A stretch of DNA of 64,000 nucleotides from contig JAYWIR010000014.1 in the NCBI GenBank assembly GCA_036172245.1, positions 1,674,001 to 1,738,000 of the forward strand. Reading direction: 5' to 3'. Positions 14,301 through 29,650 of this stretch are shown here, in pieces. Source of the stretch: Raillietiella orientalis (lineage: Eukaryota). The stretch's first letter is position 1. Each line of letters starts with the position of its first letter. The position numbers were made by a program, and so were the translations under genes. The notes beneath the pieces are model-generated. The model made no database searches and was not told where the DNA came from. It saw nothing but the letters and a program-made list of their open reading frames with translations.

Positions 14301-15599
14301 TCCAATTACTCCTCTTGTAAGCACGAAGCACCGATAGGACAAGGAAAGGGCATAGTATTTGTGAAAACTCTCCCTGTTCCAGTGAAGCAGATCATCAAGA
14401 AAAAAAAAAACTCTTGAAGATTTGGAGCAACTCAGAACTAAGCTTGGAGGAGATCAACACAGACTACTGTCGAAAGCTGGTTCAGAGTCGCAGAATCCAA
14501 GCAGCTAATCTCACAAATGGAATCCACTTATCCCAGGGTATGGTGTACGAATAAAACTAGGTATTCTCAAGAACTACAATGACTCGAGTTTTTTTCAGGC
14601 ACCGATCATCAAGTTGTGACGAAAGAGGCTAAACCTTGCCTTACTCAGATGAAAGAATTCACGTTAACAGGGTCTCTATGAGCATGCAATGAAGAAAAAG
14701 GGCGTACGAGCTTCTAGTCTAAAGAACCCTTTGGTGGGCATCTTGTAGTGTGATGAGCTTGTGAATTTCAGGGAAAGAAAATATCGGCTTTATCCTCTAC
14801 AAGAGTCATGAAAAGACCTTCGCTGAATTGGAATGTCTTGCTAAAAGAAAAGCTGGATTGGATTGTCTGTAGACGTCGGGAAGATTGGATGGAGTTCAGC
14901 TGCTCTATTCGTGTGTTTCTATGGAAACCCGAGATATAACGACGGTTGTCTGGTCATGCGATATGGATTGTCTGAGTTTTGAATGTCATGTAAGGAAGCA
15001 GCACGCATTTTGGACTGGAACAGTTTATTGGAACTCTTAAGTGGCTAGATCTTCCAGATCATTAGGTTACGGCTCGAGCGGTGTCGGCATTGCACGAATT
15101 GAATTATCCAGTTCGCGACTGTAACCTGCAAAGGGGAGAGGAAATCTGCACGGATTCTTCCAGCACTGGATCAATAAATAAACAACGGCAATTTCGAGAT
15201 TCTCAAAGCTTTGAAACGATTACTCCTTGTGTTGAAAACCTGTATCAAAACGGGTGAGCCTTGGAGAATAGGTTGTAAAGCACAGAGTTCATTGGAGCTC
15301 CACCTGTAGGTAGTTAACCATATCAAAGAATAGAGAAAAATGTCTGCAATAAAATGCATGTGAACAACTGAAAGTCTTTTTGTGCAAGTTTGCACCAGTG
15401 CAAAGTCAATTTTTCTGCAAGAAGCAAAAAAGGAAAAAAGTTCACTTTAAGAATGAAACATAAAAATCTTAAGGCAAGAGGATGCAGCTGGTGATGAGGA
15501 TGGGAAGAAAACTTTACGAAGCAGAAACGATCGTTTCTGAGGGTGGAAATGGGTGACCATTAAACGGGTCAGCATCCCCAACACACTTTTTGAAGCATT

Positions 15600-15850
15600 A
15601 GCTCTGGCTTCTGATTTGATGGAGGATATGTTTAGGGGGGAATGGGGTGCGTTTTCCACAAGGACTCAGGAATCGCATGCAATTATTTCTTTCTCAGAGT
15701 TCTTGCCCTTGCAACCCAATTGCAACCAGGAAAATTAGTTCGAAATGGAGTGCTGGCCGAAGAACAAACCGAGGGATCAATCTACTTTTACCAGAATAAG
15801 AAGGGAATGGAATCAGGAGAGGGACGTATGCTAGTAAGCTTCGAAACCTA
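15600..15850 (-). mobile_element. Possible RT relic
   Basis: 'IPRFVLRPALHF' resembles PQGSVLGPLLF; little else recognisable. Confidence 0.25.
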
Positions 15851-17749
15851 AAAGGAGAAAGAAAGACGGCAGACAGCATGCTCTTGCCAACTCTGCATTT
15901 CGGAAGCAAAAAAAAAAATGTCCCTTCCACAAAACCAAAACTGGTTGCATTGCTCACAGTTCAAATGTGCAGGATCTGAATGACGGAAAGTTTAGTCGCT
16001 GTAAGAATAAGGATACTTTGTTGCTTTCCACACATATGCAAATAGGTTGTCAAGTGGTGGAATCTCAAAACGAATTTAGATACCAGGAGAGCGTGGTGAT
16101 GACCTTGTATGCTTCCTCTGCATGAAGAATCCTGTCTGCAAGACTGCAAAGCTTTAGGCTGCTGCAGTGCCGTTCACATTGCAGTAGGTAGCATAGAAAT
16201 TGTAGAATGAGGCGATTTCCAAACAGTTTCGAGTTGTGCATGCAGAAGAAAGCGAAGCTTGAGAGCCAAGGTTGAAAGTTGGGTTCCTAGAGCAGAAAAG
16301 TCCGAGTAGTAAGAAACCGGCGCTCCAAACCATGAGGAATGTTCATTAATCGATAAAACCAGAAAGCATGCAATTTAAACCAGACCTCTAGCCAACATAA
16401 ATGAAGACATGACATATTGAAATCCGACTGCATGTGCATTTTGTTCTTGTTAGAGATTCATCAAAGTCAAGAGTCTAAGAGTGTTTCAGAACTTATTTAG
16501 CAGCATGAAACTGCAAAATCATTCTATCGTTCTCAGTACTCCACATTAAGCCTAATTGAGATTGCAGGACCAAAGCATCTTCCTTGGAAAGAAGCATTCT
16601 GAGAACAAAAGATGTTATCTCCTTTCGCTAAAGGATGGGTACATTATCTAATATCATGGTGGGAATAAATAAACAGCCTCAGGAAAGTTTCGGAAAGATG
16701 GAAAATGAGATGAGACAAATCTCCAGACATTGGTTCATTCCACTTCCTGGAAAAACTCTTCGACTTGTGTCCACAAACATGGCTATATGATTGAATTGGA
16801 ATACAAACACATATGTTTGTCCTGTTACAGTCGTGACAGAACAAACGTCACGTCACGTCACTGAAAGTCCCACATATCCGATGGTTTCTCGTTAGTCATA
16901 TTTTAGTCATTTCCCACAATCTCATTGCAAATACGGAACCTAAAATTCGAATTTATTTAATGTGCTGTGACATTTTAGGACCACTGAGCTTGTATTCTGT
17001 AAAGAATCCTCGAAGCAGATGTGCTTTCCCACTCCCTGAAAAACCTTTTGATCTGTATGGTGTTTTAAAAACAGTTCAAACATTTAATGTTACTAATCAA
17101 GCTTTGGATTTATCTTTTGCTACTCCTTCTTAATGCTTTTTAATTTCTAAAAATTTTTCAAGAATCTGCAGTCTAGAGAATTCAGAATCTGTAAATACTG
17201 AGTGCACTTTTACTTTCCATCTGGATTTACCCACGCCATTCTCTTGCAAGAACGTTCCATTTCGCACAACTTTATATGATACTGTTCATTTTCGTTCATA
17301 TTTTAGATGCATTTGCATGAAATTCATGCATGGAACATTCATCTGCGAGATAGGCAGTAAGTCTGATTGGAGATTTTCTTTTTATATTTCGTACTAAGGT
17401 TCAGCATTCTTATAAATAGCAGAATACATCTCCAATGCAACCAGGAGTAGCATGTTTCTGTTTGATCATCTTCAGCGTCTTCGTAGATGCTCTTCTCATG
17501 TTTGAGAAGGCTAAAATGTAATTGGAATATGCAACAACAGAATCGCCAAGGTTGGTGTTACCTTATCTTTAATTTCAGCTTTTTCCAAACTCAAAACCGC
17601 AGCTCAACAAACCTGAGTAATGCACTGGTTACAAATTGTTGCTCGCGATTCTATGCTTTAGCAAAGACTGGTGATTATGGAAATATGTAGAAACTTAAAA
17701 AGTTCACTTTATTAAAAAATACTTCATTCCAAAGAATTGCAAGTGTCAG

Positions 17750-18150
17750 CATCGACAAGGATCTGACATTGGGAATGGTTCTCATACTAAATCTTGTTGC
17801 ATCATGCTCTCACAATCTGAATCGCTAGTCAACACTGCCCCACTTAATTAGTGATCGTGTTCTTTAGACTGTCATGTTCTCCAGTGATACATGGTTTTTT
17901 AGACTACTGCATCATCTGACACGAGAATCTCCGGAGAACTTATCTCTGGAGTTCTAGGTTGAAGCACTTAAAAAAGTCAGCCCATATATTTATGTACAAG
18001 GATGTAATAGATTGTTCTACTCAACATGCATGTAGTCATGCATACAAAGCTGCTGCTGTTGCTTCCAGAGAAAAAAAAGAAATTCCAATAAATATCAATA
18101 TACCCGTCCCGTCCCTAGAATTCTGATAATTGTAAATTGCAGACAAGACT
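17750..18150 (-). mobile_element. Possible RT relic
   Basis: 'LVSDDAVV' (YADD-like) at ~17910; weak upstream motif near 18110. Confidence 0.25.
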
Positions 18151-18743
18151 GAATCAGTAGTCAGCTCATCAAGAGCTTACTGAACTTTTCACCATTCTTC
18201 AGCCTCATGTCCGAAAATCTGGCCTAATGTGGCATTTGCACTTTCATACACACAATTTGCACGAAACCGAACGTGGAAGAATGTAGCGCACCTTGACCAA
18301 GAAAGTTGTATCGAAGTAGCTTTGCAAGAAGAAATGCCTGTAATGCCAGACATGAGATATTTCACACCTCAAATCGAAATATGTGTCCGAGAGGGCATGA
18401 TTAAAGTCACGGGAATTATGACGCTTGATTGACTCAACACACTGATGCATTAACAATAATTTGGGGTTTAGTGAATTTCCTTCAAAAATTCATGGTGCTG
18501 TTGGGAATATTAGAATATGGTTTTTGTTCGATTGAGTTTGCAACCTCCAAAATGTTTATTTAGAATCGTGTTTGCGCTGTAGAGATAGCAAGCTGCAAAT
18601 TAGCCGTTGAAGATGAAAAAGAAATGCATCCGCGAGTCCACTTGCTTTAAGAATTTCTGTAGAATTAAACTTAAGTGTGGGGCAAAGATCGAGTTATCAC
18701 GTTAGAAAGGTCACGGTTTCGAACTTTTAATCCTTAAAATCCT

Positions 18744-18778
18744 TGATTTGATCCAGTGGCCACCACTGGATCAAATCA
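18744..18778. repeat. Perfect 16-bp inverted repeat with 3-nt spacer
   Basis: TGATTTGATCCAGTGG-CCA-CCACTGGATCAAATCA. Confidence 0.95.
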
Positions 18779-21749
18779 CCGATTTTTTCTATGCTACGAC
18801 TTCAAGATCCGGAAATTTATCATCTGAATAAACCGATAAATTAAAATCAAACTTTGAAAGCTTGAATTCCGAACAGCTGACTCAAGCTAAAGAAGATACA
18901 CATTCCCGTTTCATTGTTCTATATAGTTTCATATTCCCTTATTGTGTATTTCATTTTTTTCATTTTGTCAAATCGTCATCAGGGAATTCGTAATTGTTTC
19001 TCTGCTACTGAGATGTACATAAGAAATTTCTGCGATTCGTAAATGCGCTCTAATTAATCTAGTCTTTCAAAAATACAACGCCACAATTTTTGTTTTCAAA
19101 CATTAGTAGATAATAGGCAATTTAGAAATAGGTGTAACCTGACCTTCAATGGCAGCTTCTTTAAGTATGTAGTCAAGAATAAGGCGCGACCCGCAGTCCG
19201 CATTGAATAACAAGTCGCTCGCATCTGTGGACAAAAACACATACGTCAGTATACAGTCAACTTGAAAAGATCGGTGCTTATCACTAAAACTTGTCAATAT
19301 GTGAAATTTTAAAATCCACAACAGCATTTTTATATGGGATCATGTTAAAGATAAGAGAAAAAACAAGGTAAAACGCCATGATGGGAGAAAGAATTACAAA
19401 ATATTTCCTCATTCCCGCTTTGATTTCGACACGCTATGAAACGATGCAGAGAAATATAAAGTTGCCTTAATAATTTATATAAATATACACTTATGTACCA
19501 GTTTTTGTGATGTGAGGTTTTCCGACTGTATATGTCATCTCGAGAGGAAAGAAACATCTCAAAGTATCGGTTTCATTTCTAAGTATCGGTACTACATCTG
19601 CAGCGTTCCTTTTTGAGTGTTGTTATTTCAACATAATTGTTAGCAATGAGGTTCTCAGATGATATTAATGACTGCAGTGTTCTAAACTGTTAATTACAGA
19701 ATGATCTAGAATCATAATATTCACAAAGAATTGCTTCAAACTATTTTCCTCCCTCACAAAGCCGATGAGGGGTTCATTTTAAAAGGTTTTGATCCCTAGG
19801 ATTCAGAATTCACAATGGCAGTTCACTCGGAAAGCAGTCCGGAGAAGTCTCTTAAAGATCAAGGAGACAGACTAGATGTCAAATACGAAGGCTGCAGAAT
19901 GAGAATCTGAAAAGTCTGAAAAGACTGTGTCTTTTCTAAATATCCACACCTCGTGAAGCCTTTTCTATCCAATAGACAACGTGTACACACTTTGCAGCCT
20001 GTGAATGCATTTAACAACAAGCTATCATTTCAGGGCGCTGTAGTTTTGGAATAAAAGCGTCCAATTTTTCAATATGTGAAAAATTCTCATGATTGTAAAT
20101 CACACAAATCGATTTGTAAAATGAGCATATGCTTTAGACATACTTGTATAGAAGGCACATGTTTTTACTCCTGCTCACTGCACAGAATTTTCAGCATTGT
20201 ATAAGGTACATTGTGATTGTGATATTTCTGCAGGGAGAGGAAAATGCGTCTCACTGATGGGACTCATTCTCGGGTATCTGTATTTTTTGGTACACTTTTA
20301 TGATTAGGCTGTACTCAACTGCGAAGGTCGTTTGGGGTTTTGGATTTCAGAACAGGTGTAAAAGATGTAAGTCTAGGTGCGCACAACACAAAACTCTATA
20401 GCTCCATAAACAGAGAGTGGTAGTTGTTGATACAGTTACTTCCTACGAAAATGACATTCACACATGTAAGTCAAGACGAGATTTCAGAATTTCATTCAAG
20501 GATAATACAACTGGCCTCAAAGTGTGAAATCCAAAGCAGAATGTAGCGAAACAGTCGCTTGGGAAGATAGAGACATCTAGTTCCTCTTTACATGATTATA
20601 CTGCTTATTAACAGAAACGGAATGCAGCAGCGGTGTTGCTGCACTCATATTGTTTGATAGCATGAATAGATGGACTTCATAAAAACAAAAACAGGCGAAC
20701 AGTTGCTACATTTGCTCGAACATATTCATGGAGTTGTGAACACCTTACAATCAGAGATCCCCCATATGCCGAGCTACTAATCCAAACATTTATGCAGCAG
20801 TGATGTTAAATTCTTGATCGGTTCTTGAAGCATTGATGCGACTCAGGTTTGCATTGCATAAATCTAATTTTTCAGAGGTGCTCCCATGATATGAATAAGT
20901 TCACAATGATTGTACATAAAACTACAGCCACCAAATAGCACGTCAAATAAAAAGGGATAAGAATATTGGAAGCCAGAGAGGCTCATTAAGCATCACAATA
21001 AAAATTTGCACTCCTTTTATATATAAACCGCTCGGATTGAAGAACGGACTGACTGATCAGTCAAATAAACAGATCTGGTAATATCGCTGGATAACAGCAT
21101 TACAAAAAACGACACCCTCTTAGAAGAGCGGTTTTGTTTGGCAGTTTATAACTGTAGTCTGTATCGAAACTATTTGGCGGATGAGATTGTCAGGGAGGTG
21201 ATCTTAATAACCTTAGGACTGTGGAAGAAATTCAGGTGAAGTGAATTTCGAGAGTACCAAAGAGCGTTTTATCTTTTTCTGATTCTTCCGCAATCAAGGT
21301 CTACTCTTTAGGAGACCCTTACTGTTGAACTGTCTGGAAAGTTCTCGATATTTTCTCAGAATACTTATTAAGATAGGAGAATTCTACCCGACTGTATCTG
21401 GAAAATAAATAACTGGGATCGTTTTCAAATTTCTGAATCCAGTTTCCTGAAAAGCCATGTGCTACATTCGTTCCTTCATCTATGTACTCTGCTCAGTTAT
21501 CAACCTCTATTCCGGATAAAGTCTATCTCATAAAGTATTGGAACTTTCGCAATGAATGCGTTATTCTACTTATTCTTTAACTTGTTCCTGTTTTCCATCA
21601 ACCAATTTTTACTTTTCCGCAACTGTCACAATAGATCGTGTGACCACAAGAAAGAGTACGGTTTATGTCTCTGCTGTAATGGTGCTTACGGTAAGGTTTA
21701 CTCACGTGTTACTGATGTAGACCTTTACGAGAATACACGCATGAATTAC

Positions 21750-22250
21750 TAGTATACATGATAAACAAGGCATTTTCTGAATTCGTGTTATCTACACAGG
21801 CAACAGCACTCTAGGAAGGAACTCTAGTAGCGAATTTTTGCACTATGTAGCCATCTGGAATATTCTGTCAGACAGATCAAAAACCATCAAGTGTGTCAAA
21901 CAACGCTTCAGAGATATCAGGCACGATCGATGCTTCGTTAACACGGAAAGGCTTCTAGGATATCTTGAAAGCAATCTACGTTCTAAGATGCTGAAATGCA
22001 TATACGTATATCTATGTTCCTAGACCATCTGGAGAGAAACTGGTCTTGAATTTTTGTTCAAACCAAAGTATGAATTTTTTATATGTGAGTCTCAATGCAC
22101 AAACAACAACGGCGTTCTATAAACATCCCATGGTCAGGCTTGTTATGAAGCATTAAGTCACTCTTTCCTATGATTAGTAGGTAAGGCTTTCTTCTCTACG
22201 TACTTACTATGCTGCACATTACTGGATCTTCATGTCCCGCACAGTTGAAA
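21750..22250 (-). mobile_element. Decayed LINE RT relic
   Basis: 'EKKALPTNH' (KAFDxVxH-like, ~22185), 'TKHRSCLIS' (~21930), 'ACVDNT' (AYADDT-like, ~21790) with plausible RT spacing. Confidence 0.4.
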
Positions 22251-25200
22251 GTATAAAGAATATCACTAAGGGAAAATTGAGTGGGTATATCATCAGCATC
22301 AGAACAATTAATTTATTCCTGGAACCTTCATACACAGAAAAAAGTTCTCATCCAGACACTTCTGCTTTCACTACATTCTCAAATTGCAGTTATTCTTCTA
22401 TCTTGAGCTTCTGGAACAAAAGCACCCTTTACGCATGATCCACCATTTCAGTTTCTTTTCAATCAGAACTTCCAATGAGAGTTAATCTTGCACATCTACA
22501 GAGAGTAGGGGTTTTTACTGGGAATTCGACCCGCCTCCGACCGCCAGGAATGCTTATCTATATGTCTGCAGGATTTCATTCTAGCTTGCGTAATTTAATT
22601 CTAGAAGGTGCAATAGTTTTGGTGTGGTTCACATTTATACTCAGAATTTCATGCAGCAGATTCTCATCGTAGAAACATGTTAGAAACTCCCCTACACAAT
22701 CTTCCGATTAGGAGTTGAGACATCAAAGCAGAGTAGAAAAAAACTGATAGAGAGCATTCGCACAAATAAACTTCAGATCTTTATGTCATACGCGATGTAT
22801 GATAAGCGCTTTCAGCAAATTTCTGTGGAATCAAATTTCTCTGTTGAGTGCAGGGAAAACATATATAATTACAAAAACAGTTTTCATTGATTCTCACTGT
22901 GTAACTGAACGGCTGCTCCCTTATCCTAGATTTCTTACCAAAGTGACTGAAGGCAAATTCAAAACAATTCGCATTTGTATTCAAATTCTGAAGAATCGAA
23001 TTCATTGTGCAGTTGATGGCTAAATGCTGCTGAATTAATCGTTGCTACAGAGGAATAAGGAGTGTTTGTTACAAAATACCTGTTCGATTTCTAAACTGTA
23101 TCATTACTCTTAATGAGTGGAACTTTTGAGACGAAAAGACGTGTCTTCTGAAATGGAATATTTATTGTTCCTTTATATTCGAATAAGGAGTAAAAGTTTT
23201 CTAATGATTTTGGGATTCTAAATGGATTCCTGTTGCTACCGGATCCGAACAACTCTTGCATTTCAATTTCAAAACTTGAAATAATAATAATAATTGCTTG
23301 TATTATGGTCTTTCATTAAATTCGGACACATAAAAACTGCACTTGTTATTCTCTTTCTTCAATGCTTACCACCGCCTGTTTTAAGTTTCCTTGCTCCTAA
23401 GAGAAATACATTGGGGGATCGATTCTTCATAATGTGGATTGAAGTAAGATAAGATACAAACATTCTTGGGAAAATGGAGATAGATGTATTACGAGAACCG
23501 TAAAGACTTGTATGCACTTAGTAAAGTTTTCTGGAAGCATCAATGACCTTGTGTTTGGATTTTTTTTTTTTTTTTTCTGGAATATTCAGAACCAACGATG
23601 TTCAGAAATGACTGAAGAATGAGGCATTAAATTCCCACGGCATTTTTCACTCTAATGGGCGGCGTTGGACAAGCTTGATTTTTCTGTATTTATAAGCGGG
23701 TTTACACACTGAGCTAATCAAAAGGAAAAAGAAAATCCTTTTTTGAACGTGAGTATTCTCTGCGTTTGTTTCACTCGTATACTATAACTTTGATGTGCGC
23801 CTCTGCCCATCAAGCCAACAGTACCAAATATCATTCGTGCAATGAGCAGATACGTGCACGAAAATTTCCGAACTTCATTAAAACGAAGCCCAACTGAATA
23901 TAGGTTTGAAAAGAACTTTGGCCACACATAATCGTGCTGAGTATAATAGGCATGTGTATGAATAGAAATTGGAAGAATATGGGAGGAGAGTAGTCCTGGA
24001 AACCATTTCACGAACTACAGAGCCTTCGAAAACTGGAATTATGAAGCTGTTAATCCTGAAATTCCTGAAGATATGCATCAGTATCCTTAGCAAATGGGAA
24101 GTACATCTGATGATATAGGTATTTGAAAAATCTATTATACTACAATCCCGTCTTTCATTTTCTGAATCTTATCGTTAGGACGTTCAGAATCCTAAATTGC
24201 CGCGACTGAAGGATATTCCGAGACCGAGGACTCCTGATTTGTCACGAAATACGAATATACCTGATGGGAATGCCATGCGTTTTCGCGACCTGGGCGTGCT
24301 AACGAGCCTCCAGAACCAAATGCATTGAAAGCTCTGCTAGTTACCATTTTTTGCTATTCAAAAGTTATCGGGAGCACCTTGTGAAGTATGGAAAAATACC
24401 GAAAGAGATGGGGGTGGAACATTCGATTCAGAGGTGAATTGTATTTTTTGGGCTTTCATTAAAGGCTAATGCGTACCGACGATTGCTTCCAGGGCAATGA
24501 ATGCGAAATCATTTCAAGAGCCATTCTTGCTTTGAAGCAAATTTCGCAGAAAATAATCTTGATCGAGGAAATGCAGTTCAAAAGATTTGGGGATAAAAAT
24601 TCCTGGAAAGATAATGTTCTGTCAAGTAGGAAGAAATATCTCTGTCATTCTAATAGAAAGAAAGAAATGGAAATGAGGAACGTGAGTGAGGGCATTAGTA
24701 GAGACCTGTCCAACGATGAAAGGATAAATCCGATGTTTCAGGAATTTTTAGGAGAACTTCCATTTTTGTGTAACTTCAGAAACTCTGGGATTCTTACGTT
24801 AAACTAAGACGATCCACTTGTTATCCGCTGCTGTTCGTTTCTTTCGCTTAAAGGTACAGGGAGCAACACAGCCTTTGACAAGCATTTTCCAGTTCGTCCT
24901 GTTATATTGAAAGCAGAAAAGAGGAACAGCCGAAAGAGAGAAGTTTTAATTCATACTCGTAATGATTATGATGTCCTGAACTCCCTTACATCTCATTAGC
25001 CATTACATAAAGAACAGGAATCATTTCACTACAAAGAAGCGAGACGAGGCATCCCTCTTTAAAATCTTAGAACCACTTTCTAAGGTATACGAAAATGAGC
25101 AGGTAACTCTATTGGAAAAAGTTGCCTAGCGCGACAGTTCAATATCAAATAATGCAAGCAGATGAAGGATGTGTAGCAGAAGTGAGCTTTTCTCATCCCA

Positions 25201-26499
25201 AAGTACGAGAGAGAGAGAGACATGACCTAGTCCTCTGTACAAACCAAAAACCAGAAGGCAATTTGTTTTCCGAATTGGATTTAACAGCGTGTACGACACA
25301 AAAAAATGGTAGGGAACTGTACTGCTTGCATTATTTGATAGTGTTTTTCATCCATCTTGTGAAAACAAGACGAAACAGATGGTAGTCCATTAACGATGTT
25401 TGCAGCGCCTCTTCGAAAGCATAACGAAGGTTATAGAGCAAGTAAGTATATGTGTTGAACGGTTGACGTTCAATATGGGATTTTGTCTCGACCATCCTTG
25501 AGAGTGAAAACTCCAATTTGGACGAGGGAGGATCATTTATCAGCTGTTTTCTGGTCTAAATGTTAATTTGGATACTCCATTTTCTCCTCAAATGATTGCT
25601 TTTAGAGATCTCCTAATTTTCTCTTCCTATATCTTTATATGTATGTGATTGGGATTTAAGGGAATCGTAAACATGCTTGTCTATTGATTTGCCTGCATTT
25701 TTAAAAAGGCCACCTTGAAGCTTTTTTTTCTCACATTTTATATACGTAGGGGTTGACTCAATAACAGCTATTCCACAATTTACACGAAAGCTGGGATTCC
25801 GAGAGTAATAGTCCCGTAGAGCGCTTCAGAACTAGAAGCGAAATTCTGTGAGCATACCTCTTTGGAGACACCATTTTTGCTTTGCTTCGATCATTTCCAA
25901 ACATCACTGTGCATCAAGACTGTGCATAGTGATCATGAATACGCGCAAATAATCAGAAATTAATAAACAATAAAACGAATAGTTAAGGATATGGTCTCCT
26001 CCTTAGCGATGTGAATCATTCATTCTTGTGTTGGAAACAGAAACGCTTTATTTGTGATATGAAAGAAACGCAAAATAATACTAGCTAATTAGAATAGTAA
26101 ACATTCATGTACACAGTTAGCTGGGATGGTCAGAGAATAGACATTTCTGGATGAGAAGCAGAGTGGTATTCTTGTAGGAATAAGTTCAAAGCTAGTCTAT
26201 CTCGATTCTCTAATGGAATCGTGAAGACACAATTGAATACACGGGATTTAGATGTAAAAACGAATTCGCAAGTTAAGAGAACGTTTGCATGGAAGAAAAA
26301 GGGTCTACCCTTTTTTTATCAGCTGGATGCTTGATTAGAAATAGGTGCTGGGGAAGAGTGCTTATTTTTTGGTTACACATCAACAGTTTGAACTCTTCTT
26401 AGAGCGATTCTGGAGGATTGCACTGACTATCAGGCCAGCTTCTCATTCCTGTGAGTCTAAGCTCTCTGTGTCCACAATCTTTCCATAATTCAAGCAGAT

Positions 26500-27200
26500 T
26501 TATTTGATGAATCAGTCATAACCAAGGACAATGCTTGCACTTGTCCCTAGACAACACTCCCATGAAACATCTGTGTTTTCAAGAAACTCGAGCGTAAAAT
26601 ATCAAACATGATAATAAAATCTAACTGGAATCAGAATTCTGGAAAAAAGGATTGAATGAGCAGATTGTGTTGCTGCTGATAAAGGTTTTCTGTGCATAAG
26701 TTTTTTTTGCTGGAAACGGACAAGCACTCAGTTGCATTTCACGCATCCTTAACATTTTCAAGAATCGAGGAAAAAATTTCAGAAAGGAATTGATGGGACT
26801 AGATAATCACTAATTGTTAATTACTATTAGATTCTTGTCAAGGACTGAATGGTTAATCGTTACCTCATATTTTCACCAGACGACTTTGCAACGAACGCTA
26901 TTGTTTCCAGCAGAGAGAAGAAATATGCTCCAGACAAAAAAGGACCTACAGCTCCCTTCACTTTCTGACATTTAGTTTGTATCAAGCTCGTGGTCTCGTG
27001 AAAATCTGTCTCCGTCTCGACAATCACTTGAATAGCATTGAACTTTAAAGAGAGATCGTTTCAAAACGTTCCCATACGCGATCTGTTAGCTATGGAACGG
27101 CTTGTGAAGTTATCAGCATTCATGTCGCCTAAAGAAAGTCACAGGCTTTCGATTCAAAACGGGCTCTCGAGTTACCTTAGTCCAAACCTTTGTTACGAAT
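26500..27200 (-). mobile_element. Decayed LINE RT relic
   Basis: 'FESKACDFL' (DxxKAFDxL-like, ~27145), 'KGAVGPFLS' (~26945), 'CLG' (YLG-like, ~26548) in RT order. Confidence 0.4.
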
Positions 27201-28349
27201 TCTGACCAGTTCTCAAGAAAATCCTCTGAATAATGTAATAAATCTTGTAACTTTCCGTTGAATATTTCTGGGCATTTATGGAGATGCTTTGTAGTTTCTT
27301 GAGCATTCCATGCGAATATAAAGAAAGAGCTATCAGCATATTTTGAAGTAAATAGTTCTTAATAAATGAAACAATTCTTCTGTGAAAAAACGAAAATGAT
27401 GAAAGTCAACCTTTTAATTTAATTATCATTCGTATAATTTTCCACGGGTGTCAGAGTCTGCTTAAATCTTCCAAAGGAAGAAATAAAATAAAAGTCATAA
27501 TAAACCTGGAAGGAAATCCAGGTTTCCAAGAAAGAAATATCATAATAATGTGTGAGCTGTAAGAAACCCATAAACCCTAAAAGTGTGCTTGAAAAACAAT
27601 CGCTTCAAGTAAAAATAAAGAAATGCTATCTTTCCAGATCTGAACATGAAAAACCTCGCTATCAGTGGGAGACCCTTTTAAATTCTATATAAGCTTGGAA
27701 GCTTGCACACTTTTCTGGTAGAAAAAGATGCATAGCAAATCCATGACTCAAGATGAGATGGAAACTTTCAGTGAACTTGTATAACCTGATTAAATTAAGG
27801 AAAATTTCTGCTTTGAGTAGTATTGACATGAACAGTAACAAATTCTCCCCACATTCCCAAAAGAAGTCAAAACTTCTGAGCAGGTACAAAGAATTAAGAT
27901 ACAAAGAACATCACAAACAAGTGAAAAGAATGTCTGAATGTCGTCATTAAAGTAAATCTGCTTAAAAGTTGATGGTATTCCGAATACCCAGTTGATAGCA
28001 TTATCGATATATTTGTCTACAGCATTATGTATACTTTTCTTTGGTAACAAGTTACCAATGACAGAGAAACAGATTCTTGTCGAGACATGAAAGAGAGCAG
28101 TTCTTCTTTTTTGGAAGAGCGTAGTCTCAGACTAGCATCTCATACAGATCAACATACATCATTGATATTCTGACTGGCTTTTAAACCAATTTTCAGGATA
28201 TAAAAATTATTTCCACATTTTTTAGTAACACGGGGAAGTCACCTATACAGCTACATCAAGACCTCCAGCGTTTGCAACCAGCAGAAACACATTTCGTTCA
28301 TGATCATTACTAGATTTTCTTCATGAGGTTTTGATCTTCGTGATAAAAA

Positions 28350-29650
28350 GTGAAACCTTCCAGAAAACCTATGCTGAAAGAGCTCGAAGTTTGCTTCTAT
28401 GACAATACCATTTGTCGAGTTTCAAAGAACATTTAGGACATGGAGGAATGGGTTGATAAATAAAGAGTAAACAAATGAAGACATTTTTCCAATACGCTGT
28501 GGATTTATGGAAAGTGTTGAGATCAAATCTCTTAAATTCAACTGTAATGTATTCCTTAGATCTGCCTACAAACAAGTGCATCATGTCTCTTTGAGAGTAG
28601 ATACAATAGATGGAATGAAAGTTTAGCGCAAGGAGAGGCTATTAGACAAATTCACAATAGTTTTTCACGGTAAGTGTTCTGAACAATCTTCAGGAGCATC
28701 GCAATTTTCCTGATGAGAATAGGGAATCAGTACCAGAGCAGACTTTGACAAATTCAGTTCATTTTCAGTCAGATTCGGAAAAGAATCTCCTTAATGCCAT
28801 ATTTCATTTGGTATCAGGAAAAAGCAGAAGTGAATATCTAAACCGAACTAGAAATATAAAGCTCAAGAGAGGAGCTCTTTTGAGAACTTTTAGGCACGAC
28901 AAGAAAGCAAAAGAAGTGTAACTGTCTGAAAAAGTGAACAAACGAAATGCAAACAGAAAGAGACCAATTTTTCCAAGAATAATTGGATGAAATTCCTATG
29001 CAGTAATAAAAACGGACACTTCGCTAAGATTGCATCATTCGGTTATGAAAAAACTGCTATGCTTACTTGATGTCGCAACCCAAATTAATTCTGGATTCTC
29101 TTCACTGAGAACAGTGCAGGAAAAAATGAATCGAAAGCTTGAGGTATCTTTTTCAGGTAAGCCATGCACAAAACGAAATTATATTGAATATGCATCGGAG
29201 TCGAATATACTAAGCAAGCCATGCAGCTCTTTCTTGATTGTTCGTTTTCTGACAGGAAACTTTGCACAGTTGACCACGCCCAGTGGTCTGGAAGGTCAAT
29301 CAGCTGGATCGAATCGAGAAAAATAAATTTTATCGCTAAAACATGAGTAGACCGTGCAATGCAAATTTTGAATTTTAAGTGAATTGGACTCATTACTTCC
29401 ACAAAGAGGAATTTTGCAGGATCCGATATCATCACCTCCCATAATTCCTCTTTTTATCCCTCCCACGGCTACGAGCAACTTCAAGAGGTGATAGTCTTGA
29501 TAAATCGATACATCTCTTGTTTGCTTCCCAGCTTCAACGCACGCTTGACGTGCATAAAAATGTGCAGAAATGACAAAAACAGATGGCTCCTTCATCGGAA
29601 GTCACGGGAGACATTCTGAACAAACTGAAGAAAACTCAACTGGATAAGAA
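28350..29650 (-). mobile_element. Decayed L1-like ORF2 relic (RT to C-terminal Cys motif)
   Basis: 'KRGIMGGDDIGS' (RGIRQGDPLS-like, ~29440), GCT GAT T GAC (ADD with 1-nt insertion, ~29300), 'CPKC' near 28435. Confidence 0.4.
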
